DNA of 62,206 bases, the filler included, from Sphacelaria rigidula (taxonomy: Eukaryota), in assembly GCA_964200075.2 (NCBI GenBank). It is 6 parts of 6 records of this genome, joined end to end, with 100 filler letters (N's around TTAATTAATTAA, not from the genome) between each part and the next. Parts side by side here need not be neighbours in the genome. Positions count along the whole stretch, not along the records: positions 41,540 to 51,823 come from CAXNAA020006789.1; positions 51,924 to 62,206 come from CAXNAA020006790.1; 4 more parts are not named here. One strand, 5' to 3'. The position numbers and the translations under genes are program-made. The notes beneath the pieces are model-generated. The model was not told the origin of the DNA. It was given only the letters and a program-made list of their open reading frames with translations, and did not search any database. Below, one piece after another: positions 50,299 through 62,206 of the stretch; the first letter of the stretch is position 1; every line of letters starts with the position of its first letter.

Positions 50299-51231
50299 CG
50301 CGGCTATACGCGTACCCTCGTCCCACAGATGGAAGGATTCGGACGAGTTTGATCTTGTGTCGCGGGTGGCGTCTCTGCCGAAGCCTGTGCAAAAATACGA
50401 CTACCTGGCTCTGCTGGTGTTTTGCGGCATGCTTGGATGGGTGTTGTGCTCCAGCGTCATCATGGTGAGCAGCAGGAAGGCAGGCGCCCGCGCCTGGGTG
50501 TAGACCCATCCTCGCTTGAGAGCCATCCAAGGTGTTCAGTTCCAGGGAGATGGTTGAGAGAAGCGCCCAGAAGTTTGGTCGCAACTCGCCAGTCGGGCGT
50601 TCGTCCCATCCCACTGTACACAGCACAACGAATGAATGCGGCAAATGGGAATTATCTTTCTGGGGCTTAGTATCATCTCGTGTCGAGAAAAAACGGAGGT
50701 GCAGGGCCTTACCATCATTTAATATGGAGGAAAAACTGTGATACGGGACCTTACTATCATGTAATGTGGAGAAAAAACGTTGATACAGGGCCTCACTATC
50801 GTGTTATGTCGTGAAAAAACGGACGTCGTATCGAGAAAAACGAATATCGTAATCTCTTTCGTGCTCCCGGGCAGTCTTTTTCTTTAGTTCATTACATTTG
50901 CTCCCGCAGTACGTTATATCCACAGCTATTTCTTGTCTTGCTGTCTCCGCTCTCCCCCTCCCTCTTTTTTTTTCTTTCCGTCGCGCTGTTTCGCTCGCAA
51001 CAGGTACGGGCTGCGATGGCTGCGGGCGGCGTGCTGATCATCGGTGGCTGGGTGGACGCACGGAAGGCGGTGGGGTACGTGGACTGGGCATTGCTTTTGT
51101 TGGTGGGGTCTGCTTTGGGCCTGAGCAAGGCGATATCCAACAGCGGCCTGGCCGACTACGCGGGGGAGGCGATTAAGGACTCCGGCATGAGCGCCTCTGC
51201 GAGTATCTTTGTGCTGTACGGCTTTACCATG
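43641..51231 (+). CDS. SLC13/CitMHS-family anion (Na+/sulfate-type, SAC1/SLT-like) transporter with TrkA-C (RCK_C) domains; five internal exons, incomplete at both ends
   Basis: Phase-consistent exons: ~43641-43970 (SAFFNNTPIVALLIP..SKFLMPLSF..GG..TVIGTSTNL), 45896-46032 (GFPLAIVGMLYLVLVSPLVLP..EEYLTE; not in the ORF track), 48431-49971 (two TrkA-C-like domains), 50329-50464 and 51004-51231 (VDWALLLLVGSALGLSKAISNSGLA). The first acceptor position is approximate. Confidence 0.9.
44105..44201 (+). repeat. Possible tRNA-derived SINE head; a similar element lies at ~61075-61160 (-)
   Basis: B-box-like GGTTCGAATTCC followed by a T-run. No complete cloverleaf. Confidence 0.3.
46500..47575 (+). pseudogene. 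Decayed LINE reverse transcriptase in an intron of the transporter gene
   Basis: PGNCRGITLLS, FRPYRSCVD, KAYDT, QGVARGCMISP..NIFI and GLMFTDN (decayed FADD), with many stops and frameshifts. Likely the same LINE family as 35283-35738. Confidence 0.88.
48018..48258 (+). repeat. 120-bp tandem duplication
   Basis: AGATGGTGGCCACAGTCGGC.AAACAAGAAGGGGGTAAC...GCGTCCAAGCGTCCA occurs twice. Confidence 0.9.
50035..50161. mobile_element. Palindromic MITE, relative of 12783-12920
   Basis: CACACCCTGGACAA...TTGTCCAGGGTGTG, with a degenerate 8-bp TSD CTATTATT / CTGTTGTT. Confidence 0.85.
50162..50299. repeat. (GTT)n and (CAA)n microsatellites in inverted orientation
   Basis: GTT run at 50163-50185 and CAA run at 50251-50299. 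Confidence 0.95.
50686..50845 (+). repeat. ~42-bp degenerate minisatellite, about 3.5 copies
   Basis: GAAAAAAC..TGATACAGGGCCTTACTATCAT.TAAT.TGGA units. Confidence 0.7.
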
Positions 51232-54200
51232 GTGAGCCGAATTCCCGAGTGTGCGTATTTGCGCAAAAAAAGCACTTTCTTGTCATCGCGAAGATGGTCA
51301 TACTCGAGCTGTTGTGAAAATCGGCGGAATGTGTTTGTATCTGTATTGCTGGAAACCGTCTAGCCAGTTTAGTGGTGGCACGTTTCTATGTTCTCGTGCT
51401 ATTTGTACTCGTAGTGTTTTATTTTCTGCAATTCAAAAGCATTTTTTTTTCTCTTCTCCGTATTTTCTCTGTAGCACCTCGAAGCACTTCAATCTCCTTA
51501 CAAGAATAAAAAACGTACCTACGCCGTTCAGAGGTCAAAGATAATGATTGAGGTTTGCGTGAAACAGCCATTATCTCCGATCTATTTCCCCATCACAGCC
51601 TTGGATTCCTTCGTGTCATTGAGGTTGGACACCACAGTTTTACTGCTACTCCCCGAGCCCACCACGTCGCGAGCGGCGCAAAAAAAGAGGGACCCTCTTT
51701 GTTTTTTCTCATGATGATGGCCTGAAGCGTCCAATATAACCTAGTCATGGAAGAGGGTGTACTCATGATCATGCTTGCCATAGTCATCAGACCATTGACC
51801 TCGCATCCCTACAAAGCCGGGACNNNNNNNNNNNNNNNNNNNNNNNNNNNNNNNNNNNNNNNNNNNNTTAATTAATTAANNNNNNNNNNNNNNNNNNNNN
51901 NNNNNNNNNNNNNNNNNNNNNNNTTTTATATAAATAATATAGAGGGATTGTGGGAATGAAAAATAAAGTGGTAATTTTTTCAAATAAAAAAAAAAAAAAA
52001 AAAGCGAGGGGCCCGCCCGCCCTACAGACTGCAGATCGTGAACCACCCAACCCATTGGGCGGTGGGATTTTCAAAAGAGAGAGGTCAAGGGTACGCGGCG
52101 GCGCACGGACGGAGGAAGGGGGGCGACATGTACTGAAATAAAGTAGCTGCTGCACTGTACTAAAGCAAGTAGTTACTCCACAACACTAAACTCGGTGATA
52201 TGCCGACAACGCCAACCTTCCACCAGGTTGCTACTACTACTGCCCGTACCCCCTCCCCCCCCCAAACACGGGGCAAAGATACTCCTTGGATGTTTAGCTG
52301 TGCGGACGGACATATAGCTTTTCTTAGCGTACATCTCCAATTTTCGGCATCTCGTGGGAGAGCATAAATACAAGAGATACAAGGGCTGCGGGCGGATTCT
52401 TTTTCGTTATCGGAGGCTGGGGGTTGGTAAGGCCCCTTGCTACAAAAAAAATGGATCCGTAGAGAAAACACGTCGGCCATGGTGTCTTCTTCCGAACTAC
52501 GAGAATAATGTCTACTTTGAAGGTTGTAGCATAAAATATAGAAAAATGAAAATAGCACCCCCGCAAGAGCAAAGCGCTCACTCCAGACAATCAATCCCCC
52601 GCCCCCTCTCATCACCGAAGCTGAAAGTACGCATGAATGCTTCACGTATTTTGGGGAAACCTCCTCCGATAAATACTTCTCCCAAAAAAATGAGAAGATA
52701 TTCTTTTGAGCAAAATGGGCCCGGCCTACGTTTGATGGACGAAGTAATTCACCCACGCAACCAACAAACGAACCAACCAATGAAAAGAGCATCGCCGCGG
52801 ACATCCCTTATGGAATGACCGGGAATCGAGGTCGAAAACAAACGATGGGCGTCCATCACGCACCATGACTGTCAAGGAGTGAAAAAGTCAGTGACTGTGT
52901 TCACGCCTACAAAAAAAAAGAAACAGAGTAATTCCTACCTCTCATGCACACTAGCTCTCCCATACGCAAGCCGCGTTGCTACTTTATGTACTACGAGTAC
53001 AGCTTCCGTCGAGAGAGGCAAGGTCGCAAAAATAGTATATCTGCTTCGAAGGACTAGTCGCCTATTCAACACTGACAGAGCAACACGACTGCTGTACCAC
53101 ATCAAAATTTCGTGTTTATCCAAGGCGGTAGTCTTCAAATATCGGAGGATGACACTATACAGCAGATAAATATACTACGCAAATAAAAGCTACTGAAGCA
53201 CGGTCAGGTCACCCCGTGGCATCGCATCTATAAACACAAAATGATCAAACCTCGTCCCCCCCCCCCACCCAGTTTGACATTTGACCTCTAAATATACACC
53301 AGAACGAACGATTTGGTCGTTCACTCTTTTTTTTTTCGCAAACGCTCGTGCCCAACACAACAAAGCTCCAAGTTCGTGATTTTTCTACAGAGTACGTGAG
53401 CAGTTTGCGCGACAACCTTGTCGAGGTCGAGAAGTGACTACGCTGAGATACAACGCCAATGTATACGTAGTGTCTAGGAACGAAGACGGACACGGGGGGG
53501 GAGAACCAATGCATCTTTGAACGGAGACACAAACATGTATACACCGACAGCGCAACATGTCGCCTCCACCACCACTATACCAGGCCTTGAACACAACACT
53601 CGAGAGAAATGGTACAACACTGGTACAGAACAGACTGTACCCTCCATGATACATATCCCGCACGCTCGCACTTTCTTCCAGAGACCTTCTCGAAGACCAG
53701 CTGACGATTCCCCACCAAGCCACACACTCAGGTTAAGGGACGGATACTTCAGAGGGGGTAGTAGATGCCAAAACATAAGAAGCAGATCATCACCCGAAGC
53801 GGATCCCGCAGAGAGCTTCCCTCTTCCCCCCTCCCTCCTCACCACCTCGTCTTCTCTTCATCAAAGCGGGAGGAATAAGGTGTCCCACGTGGTCGGTGTA
53901 GCTTCAAATCGCTCGCCCCACCAACCACACTGCATCCTACACAGCAGCGAGAGCGCTGATGGTAAGTAGACGACGCCAGGTATGGGCGTGGGTGAGGCAA
54001 GGGCACCCACTGCTGCGGACGTCGCCTTCTCCATATTTTTTCGGTCGCGTCAAAATCACATTCCCGCACCACCCCTCTCAGTCCAAGAACATATACCGCA
54101 CATCAAGACGGTGTATAGATCAAATCCATAATGTTCTATGTGATACATTCGATCATCCGCAGATCTTCCCAGAACCAAGCTGTGGCACTAACGTCACCGA

Positions 54201-54379
54201 TCATGGTCCGTCGAGGGACACAACTCGACGGCAAATCTTGCTTCCAACGATATATCTAGTGCGGCATATATTGCACGGCATTTTCGCAAAAGAGAGAAAC
54301 AAGCGGTTTTGCGAACAGCACACACCAACCACCGACCGTTAGGCCAGCCGCGTGATACCCTCCTCAATGCCGTCTTCCT

Positions 54380-57300
54380 TTAAGTTGCCTTGAACACCCC
54401 CGAGTCCACTGAAGCTTCGCCACCAGCAGCGTCCCCCGCGTTGAACGAGCGCCTCGCACTGGGCCAAGCCGTCTCTTCAGGACTCGGGATATCGTCCAAG
54501 CTCGGGTCCAATTCTTCCTCGGCTTCAGCATTGAGCTCCGCTTCGACCATAGACCTCACGATAGCCTCACGGTCGTACACTGGACTCGTGTCGTTCGACA
54601 GCTCACCTGCCTTAATTTCCCCCACCGGTAGTTCCAAAGGCTCTGCGAAAAAAGGCGGATGAAGCCTCGACGCGGGCGGGTTGCGTGCCTGCTGCTGGCG
54701 TGCCGTTTTAGAAAATTTCGGAGCGTTGCCTACTGCGGTCGGACGGACGTCGAACTCCCTCGAGCCTGGTGCCTCGGGTTCGGGGCTCTGCAGGTTCATT
54801 GTGGAGCGGTAGAACGACACACTGCCACCGCCGACAGGTACCCCTTGCACATCATCTGCTGTAGGGTACAGTAGTTTCACGATGACGGCGCAAATATTAG
54901 ATGAACGGAGCTGGGGGCGGGGGGCGTGGGACGATTACTTGAAGGTCCGTCCGCATGTCGGGTAGTTGGGCGGTACACTTCTGAGAAACAGTTCATCAGA
55001 AGCTATGTACTGCTACACGCCTCTCTTCAAGGACATGGCACAACATTCCCTCAACCGTCACTGCAACCAGTGACAGTACTCCTCGCTGATAAATATCTTC
55101 AACCTTCACGTCCCTCACTGCCCCCTCCGTTCCGATCAGATTGCAATTGTTACATCAGTTGTTATGGGGATAAATCCCCAAGCCGGAGAGCACTCAATCT
55201 GTGCGAAATCGGGGTGACTTACATTGGCGAAAGTCAGATTCGCAGGGGCACAAATACGGTTTCATAGATTTCTTGACATAGCTCTTCACATGAAGGGTCA
55301 TTTTTTGAAGGGGTGGGGTATCGCTCACGAGCGAAGCCGAATAACAGGCAGGCAGTACCCTCCGCCATCACAGTACACAGGAAGATCGTGAGGTGATATG
55401 ATGAATGAAGTAAAGTATTGGAAGAACAGAGTGCGAGTACAGTACGCACCCAGTGCCAAATAAGTCACTTCGCACGTACAACGGCGAAAGTAGGGTGGTA
55501 CAGCGCCGTTCGTTAGGGTGTTTTGATACGGCAGTGCAGTGCAGCAGATTACCATCACCGCAGGATCCGGCGTCACTCTTGAGTTCCATTTTGTCGAAAC
55601 CCGTGTGCGCTACCCATGCAACGAAGCTGCTCGAAGAGCTGCCGCAGGTAGGCATGGCCTGTGCTATCGCGAGACTGTTTGCTGCTGCGCTTTCGAAAAG
55701 ATCAAATGCCCCTTGCCCTACCATCGTACGTCAACGTACGTGACGTGATCGGGTGAGCTCAGATCGGGACTTCTAGATTTTCGCTCGAATTTACCAACAT
55801 TCGTGCGCGGGTTGGAGGGGGGAAGGGGGACTTGAGGTCTCTTCAGTCTGTAGGAGAGGTGATGCGTTGACGTACGATGGTGTCGCCATGATAACTGGCA
55901 TTGCAGCCGATAATAATCTGCATAAAAAAAATCACCGGCACTGTTGTGAAAACGCGCACAAAAGCAACACAAGTAATATCACAGCAACCCACACACAACC
56001 TTACACCATTCCATCTACTCACCATTTCCGTCATTCTTCACCACCAAAGGAGGCAGCTCAGCGCGGGCCGGCGACATCAGAGCTGTCACCGCTTTCGTCC
56101 CTTCCTCCTCGGCATCTCTTCCGTCACCCCCGCCCTCACCCTGCTCTACTCCATCTTCCTCCACGAGTGCGGCCGCAGCCGCGGCCGCCTCCTCTGCCTT
56201 TCTTTTCCTCAGAATCGCAGCGGCGGTCTCGAACGCTTCTTCAGCGGACCCAGCCTTCGGTCTCTCACGAACGGCTTTTGGGGGTGACGCGGCCGCACGA
56301 ACGGCCATGGACTTCATAGGACTCTTGGCGAATTCACTCTCCGCGTCCGTGTCTTTCCCACCGTCGCCCATGCCGTAGCGCGACGCTGCGCCGATGTTGC
56401 CCGCGGCGGGAGACGATGCCGCAGCCGCGCGCGGAGACCCGGAATCATCCACAACGACGGGGACGCGCCCTGACGTACGCACACGCTCCGGCGTGCGAAC
56501 GCCAAGGAACGACGTAATCGCACCCATCAGAGAGAAACCTCCCCCTCCACCGTCCTGAGCTTCTTCACTCTTTTTCAACGCCGCCGCTGCTTTTGTCGCC
56601 GCCTTTGCGATTCTGCGATCGCCCAGAGTCGCTTGAGGTTCCGCCTTGTACTTCGTCCTGACATCAGGCGACTTGCTCCTTTCAGTACGGGTGCTGGATG
56701 GCATGCCGGACCGAGCGGGCACGTTGCTCATCTCCCCGTAAGTACCCTCACCGCTGAAATGCGTGCGCGGCCCATTGTCAAAATCACGAGACGACTGAGC
56801 AACCAAGGATACGCGCGGCGATCCCGAACCATCAATGACAACAGGTGCCGGATCTGGGGCACGGGTGCCGCCACCGCCCATGAGTGAAGACAGCGCGCCC
56901 ATCAGCGAGAATTCTTGGCCTCTAGCGCGTGATGCAGGCGGCGGTATCTCACGAGCAACCGATACCGTTGAACTCGAATCTTCGCGAGAAGCAGGCGGCG
57001 GTATGTCACGGACAGCCGATACCGTTGAACTCGAATATTTGCGGGAAGCATTTTCACCCTCATCCCCCGAAAGATCAGCAGAAGACCACGACATTCTGTC
57101 GCCCGTCTGACTGTCCGTCGATGTCGTTACCGCCGCCGCGCGGCCGCCACCGCTGCTGACGCGGCTGCTGACGCGACTGCTGACGCGGCTCATGGCATCC
57201 GAGCCGAACACGTCTTCCATATCAGCATCAATAATACCCTCTGCTTCTCCAAACATCTCAAGCGCGCTTTCCTTGTCAATTTTTCCAGGGGTCGGCGACA

Positions 57301-60300
57301 AGATGACCTTCTTCTGTTGATTATTTTTTTTCTTGGCGGCAAAGACAGCCATTGCCTCGGCCGCGAGTGTGGCCGCCATGGCCGGCCTCCCGTTCTCCTG
57401 GGACCCCTCACCGTCACCATCCCACCCATCCTCCATGCTGGCGCCCGCCGACGGCGACGAAGGCACCTCACTGACGGGCGGCAGCGGCCCGCGGTGAACC
57501 ATGCTTCCGGTAGACGGCGGCGGGATACCAGCCACCTGTTCGGCCCTCTGCTGCGCTGCCGCGAGCAGAGCGGCTGAGTCGCGGACAGACCTGCGCGAAG
57601 GACCGCCACCACCACTACCGCTGATTCCACTGCTGACGTTAGAGCTGGCGACACTGCTAACATCACTCTCCGTGTCGGAGTCGCTGAAACGCCCGCCGCG
57701 TTCCTCCGACAGCTTCTGGATGACAGGAGCAAGGCCAGGGGTCATGATGCGCAGGTGAGACCCGGCGGCCGTGGTCACGGCACGGCCGGGATGCGCCGGC
57801 GGGCGAGTGGGACTCCCAGTGGCTGTGGCCACAATACGACCGGGGCGCGCCGGCGGGCGAGTGGGACTCCCGATTGCCGTGGTTGCGACAGGGCCGGGTC
57901 GTGCCAGCGGGCGAGTGGGGCTCCTGCTCGCGACACCAGCGTGTCTCGACGTCGGCGCCTCCGGCAGAGTTCCTTCATCCTGCCTGTTGCCCTCATCTTG
58001 TCCGTCGACCAAGCTTGCCGGCAGCGACGAATTTTCCGAGCTCTCCCGATCCCGAGGTGACCTGCGGTGGTTTTGCTCCTGGTCCTGTAAGCTGTCGGGC
58101 AAGGATGAGGCGTTGGAGGGCGACCGGATCCGCACGCGCCGCTGCTGGCGGTCGTCCTCGGGGTCCCACTCCTTGGCACTGCCGTCCAAGGTTAGGCAAG
58201 CGAAGCTGGACAGGACCGGTCCCCACTTGACCGTGGCTGGTTCACCCGAAGGCGTCGCTGGGGCTTGCGATGCAGGGCCCGCGTTGAATGACGCCGCCGC
58301 TGCGGCCGCACCTGGGTATGTTTATAAACACACAGCGCGAGAGGGCGTGAAAATTTTTGTTCAAGTCATGAGCTTTCAAGTATGGCCGTGAACGTATAAA
58401 TCCCGCGTCCGTGCGGTAGGCGATTCGGCCCGGTCAACAAATTCTAACGAAGAGAGTGGACAGCACCGGGTGTGGTTAAACACCCAGATTGCCTACAAGT
58501 CGAGAAGAGCGCCCCAGTGTCAGAGGTTACGATGTGTGTCACGGGTGCATCGTATACGTACCACCCTACCCCGAATGACACCCATGCTCGACGAATTTCC
58601 GGTCATCGTTACCACTGCACCGGCGCCTGTAGCACTTTATCGGTGAACCTTGATATCATCCCCAAAGTATCACACGTGGGTGATGACGTTTCCGGCTTTG
58701 AACCTCATCACCCAGAGGGAGTACACACCGTCACCCAAGGTATACATGTAACCCGTGATACCAAACAAGCGATCTCGATCCCACTCCATTCCTCTCCTCG
58801 CCCCCCCCGGTCCTCCATCCCCCATCTACCTCAAACCCATGCATAGCATGGGTCGTTTACAACACCCACGAACAAACCGTTACTCACGAGCACGACCCGC
58901 AGGACTTCCAGCCGCGACCGGCGGAATAGGAGCAAGGTCACTGTCACACCCATGGCCATCACCACCACGAGGACTGAGGCTTTGCGGAAGCGGCGGTAAA
59001 ACCGCCGTGCTGCTCGCTTCACTGTGCGTGTCGCTCTCGTGGCTGTCAGAGCTCACGAACATGGCGCCCCTGGTGGCGCCGTAGCGCGCTGCGTGACTCG
59101 CGGGCGATCGTGGCTGCCGGCCGGCCGGCGAGGTCGCGACCTGCGACGGCCGTTCACTCTCGTCCACCACCGTGCTCGCATCTGATGACCCTTCCGACAA
59201 GTTCGAGGGGGCCCGCGGGGAGCGCCGTCTCGACCCAGATCCCGGAACTCTGGCGAACGGATTGCGTCCTACTGCCAGGCCATTCCTTCCAGGGGGCGTG
59301 TGCGGCGGCGTGATCGCCACCGACGCCGGGGCCGGTCCCCAAGCCCACCGACCGTTTTTCTCCTCCTCACGGTTAGACGTGCGTCCGGCGTCGGCCATGG
59401 TGACGTTCTCGTTGTCATCGGCGGTGTCAGCCGACGCGCTGGACGACTGGCGGTGCGTAGAGCGGACCACGGCTGAGTTGTTCCCTCCCGAATCCACAGA
59501 CAGTTCCGATCGGCGTTCCTCGTGAATGCGAGACAACGGGGACCCGATAAGCGCGGAACCGCGGTGCCTTGGTTTCTCAAGATTTTCGTCGTCCTCCGTT
59601 AGATCGATGTCGTACACTGGGGTGGCTGTGCCCCAGCCTCGGCCCGCGGCAATGCTTGGGCTTGGGGTCCTCTCGCCACCCATTCCGGCGCCGAAGTCGC
59701 CCCTGCCCGTTGAAGCAGTAGCGGTTGGGCTCGAAGAGATGGTCATCGTGGTGGAGCTGCTGATCATGGCGGTGGAGCTGGTGTGGGCTTGGTTCGTCGA
59801 GGATGGCTTGTTGAGGGCTTGTTTCAGGCGGACTAGCTCCTGTGTAAACACGTGATGGTTTACGGTAGTGAAGGACAAGGGAGACAGGATGGGGGGATGA
59901 ATTAGAGAACGAACGCGCGTAAGATGTGAGCAGAGACGGCGGGTAATCAACTTACGCATGGGTCGGTGACGACATCCCAGACATCCCACCAGCATGAGCG
60001 ATACGCATATCTAATTAAGTGCACGGACAGCCTCCACAGCTTGGAGCTACTTCTATCAACCTCTTCGCGGCGAAGGGTTCTTTTGCTTGACGTTTTTGCA
60101 GGGCACGGAGGTGAACCAACAACGGCGACCATCACTCACACGGCGTGGGGATGTCGGCATGTGCACACTCTGTGTTCGCACGGGAGGCCTGGGCTTGCCG
60201 CGGGAAGATCGCACGATAGGATCAGCAGAGTGTCGCATGTCGGGGTTGAGGACGTCTCGCCACGGCGACTGTGCGACGGCAAGCAACAGCAGCGCAGCAC

Positions 60301-61855
60301 ATAATACCACGAGGAAAATACAAAATGATACGACAATATACGAGAGTTAGATTTCCCCAACTACGCCACACGCAAGCCTACGGGGGAGGAGACAGGACGG
60401 CGGGATGTCGAGCAACGAACGACCTTGGGTTAGAAGTAGATGAGTAGATACACCCCTGGAGAATGGGAAAGATGAGAAAACATCATCTACTCCGACAGAA
60501 AACGCCGAACCCTCCAGCTCAAGCAGCCCATCGTCCAACAACCGAGGCATGCGAACACAACGTCGCTCCGAACATCCCAATCTCCACGAGCTACTCCATT
60601 CCACGCGAGGAACGCATGATCGGCAGGCAAACGGGCAGTATCGGCCGATTTATCGATGACATCGTTCCCCGCCTGCCGGCGACTCAGTGCGCATCTTCCG
60701 GAGTAATTGAAAACACACGCGAAAATATAACAACCAAGCAAGATTAGCACGCCGACCCAACCCCTCTCCCTCCTCCTTCGAAGACTGCTCTGCACCGAGC
60801 GGGTAACCGACAGATTTCACGTGGAAGGCGGTTTTTCATTTCTCCAATTGATCACACTTTCGAAGGCTTTCCTCCCTCTGGGGAAACAGCCCATATCCCC
60901 GTCCCCCGATAGTGCAGACGCCCTATATTTTGGTGCCGCGGGTCTGACCAGTACTCTAGCGCCGTGTCGATTTTCGTCAACTGAACATCACTTTGCTACT
61001 CATGCCCTCACCTCTTACAGGACAGAACAGAAATCAGACACTCCTCACACTTGTCGAATACCTGGCCGAATATAAAAATTTACCTGCCCGAGTTCGAACC
61101 CTCATTGATCTGCCAACTGGTTTCAGCTGTACCAGTGAGACGGACCATCAGGGCGGGCGCACGGCGGCATCAAAGGCATGAAACACGCAAAAAAAAAAAT
61201 CAAGAGACGACACATCCCCACTTCATCCCCCCTGGTTCACCCCGTTTCGACGAACCTGGCACCCCAGAAAATGTACGATCCACAGCGAAGGAGATCCGAC
61301 CATGCGAAAGAATATAGTGTAGTGTAGTCCTACCCCTTGTCAGTAACATCAAGCTCTCATCAGAGTTGCCCACAACCCAAGTAGATAGACGAGTCACACT
61401 GAGCCTCGGTTCAGCGGGGTGTTCTCGCTGACGTATAGACAAATATTTTCAGACATCTCGGCGCTCCCGCCAATCAGTGCAAACCACACCATCTAGATGT
61501 CCAACCAGTGCTCCAAATGCTGCTTTCTACAAAAATCATCAAAGGCAGCGGCCGCATCCCCGCATCCCCTCACCTCCTCACACCAAAAACCTCTCCAATT
61601 TCTCAACTCACCAGCTCCATGTTGCTATCCGCAGAGCGGGGGGTACTCCTGCCCTCGGAGGAGGTAGACCTTCCTTCCTTTTTGTGTCCCGAAGATGTGC
61701 TCTGTGAGGAGGTCTTGCTGTCCTGGGCATCATCGAGGTCGCTGGAGGTGGCAAAGAAGGGATTGCCGACGATACGCCTGATCTTGGTCTCAGATGAAGA
61801 GGATGACGTGACCGAGCGTTTCGGAGAGACGGGGGCGCTGCGGTACGATCCCTCT
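54380..61855 (-). CDS. Multi-exon gene for a large Ser/Ala/Gly/Pro-rich, probably disordered protein (5' incomplete)
   Basis: Phase-consistent exons ~61855-61612, 59839-58888, 58311-56023 and 54858-54380. The first three end in GTGAGT donors. Junction SNMEL|ELVRLKQALNK is coiled-coil-like. No recognisable catalytic domain. The 3' end is uncertain. Confidence 0.75.
55720..55881. repeat. Small intronic inverted-repeat element (17-bp TIR)
   Basis: ACCATCGTACGTCAACG and CGTTGACGTACGATGGT. Confidence 0.6.
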
Positions 61856-62206
61856 CTGGGTAACAGGCGGAAGGGGGGAGGGGCGGTGGGAGAGGGAAAA
61901 AAAGGATGCAGGTAAAACGACAGGAAGGACGAAGAAAAATCGGGGAATGCGGGGGACATGAAATCAGCCAAGTCATGACGGCAGGTATATAATATGCTGC
62001 TTTTGATACACATATTTTCAAGCACAGTGAGAAAAGACAGGATGCGAACGAATTTGTACAGAGGAAAAGCCCATAGACGGGCGGAGGGACGGAGGGACAG
62101 ATGACCATTGCGAAGGAGGGGGGGTGTACTCATGATCATACATGCCACAGTCAAATGACCATTAACCTCGCATCCCTGCAACGCCGGGACGGAGCACGCC
62201 GGGTTT

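Noticed and set aside
55368..55724. 118-aa ORF as an extra exon of the contig-6 gene
   Set aside because: Phase-compatible, but the acceptor lacks a pyrimidine tract and abuts an inverted-repeat element. The flanking exons join without it.

Overview
Repeat-rich, intron-rich eukaryotic nuclear DNA. TTAGGG tracts, kb-scale introns and an SLC13/SAC1-SLT-type transporter are consistent with a stramenopile such as a brown alga (inference). The window is not one locus. It is six contigs of non-increasing length (10285, 10285, 10285, 10284, 10284, 10283 bp) joined by 100-nt N-TTAATTAATTAA-N spacers, so linkage is only meaningful inside a contig. Contig 1 is the most interesting. On the minus strand, hand-spliced exons give a decayed CxC/KDZ-type DDE transposase, then a decayed TET/JBP-like 2OG-Fe(II) dioxygenase, then an HMG-box-containing coding region, a trio that resembles the KDZ-TET/JBP-HMG transposons known from fungi. 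These family calls are by-eye motif inferences. Contig 2 and the first part of contig 4 are dominated by nested MITEs and arrays of long hairpins. Contig 3 holds an hAT-like MITE, a decayed chromodomain Ty3/gypsy LTR element lacking its RT core, and the 3' end of a low-complexity gene. Contig 5 holds five exons of an SLC13/TrkA-C transporter with a LINE relic in an intron. Contig 6 holds four exons of a large disordered protein.
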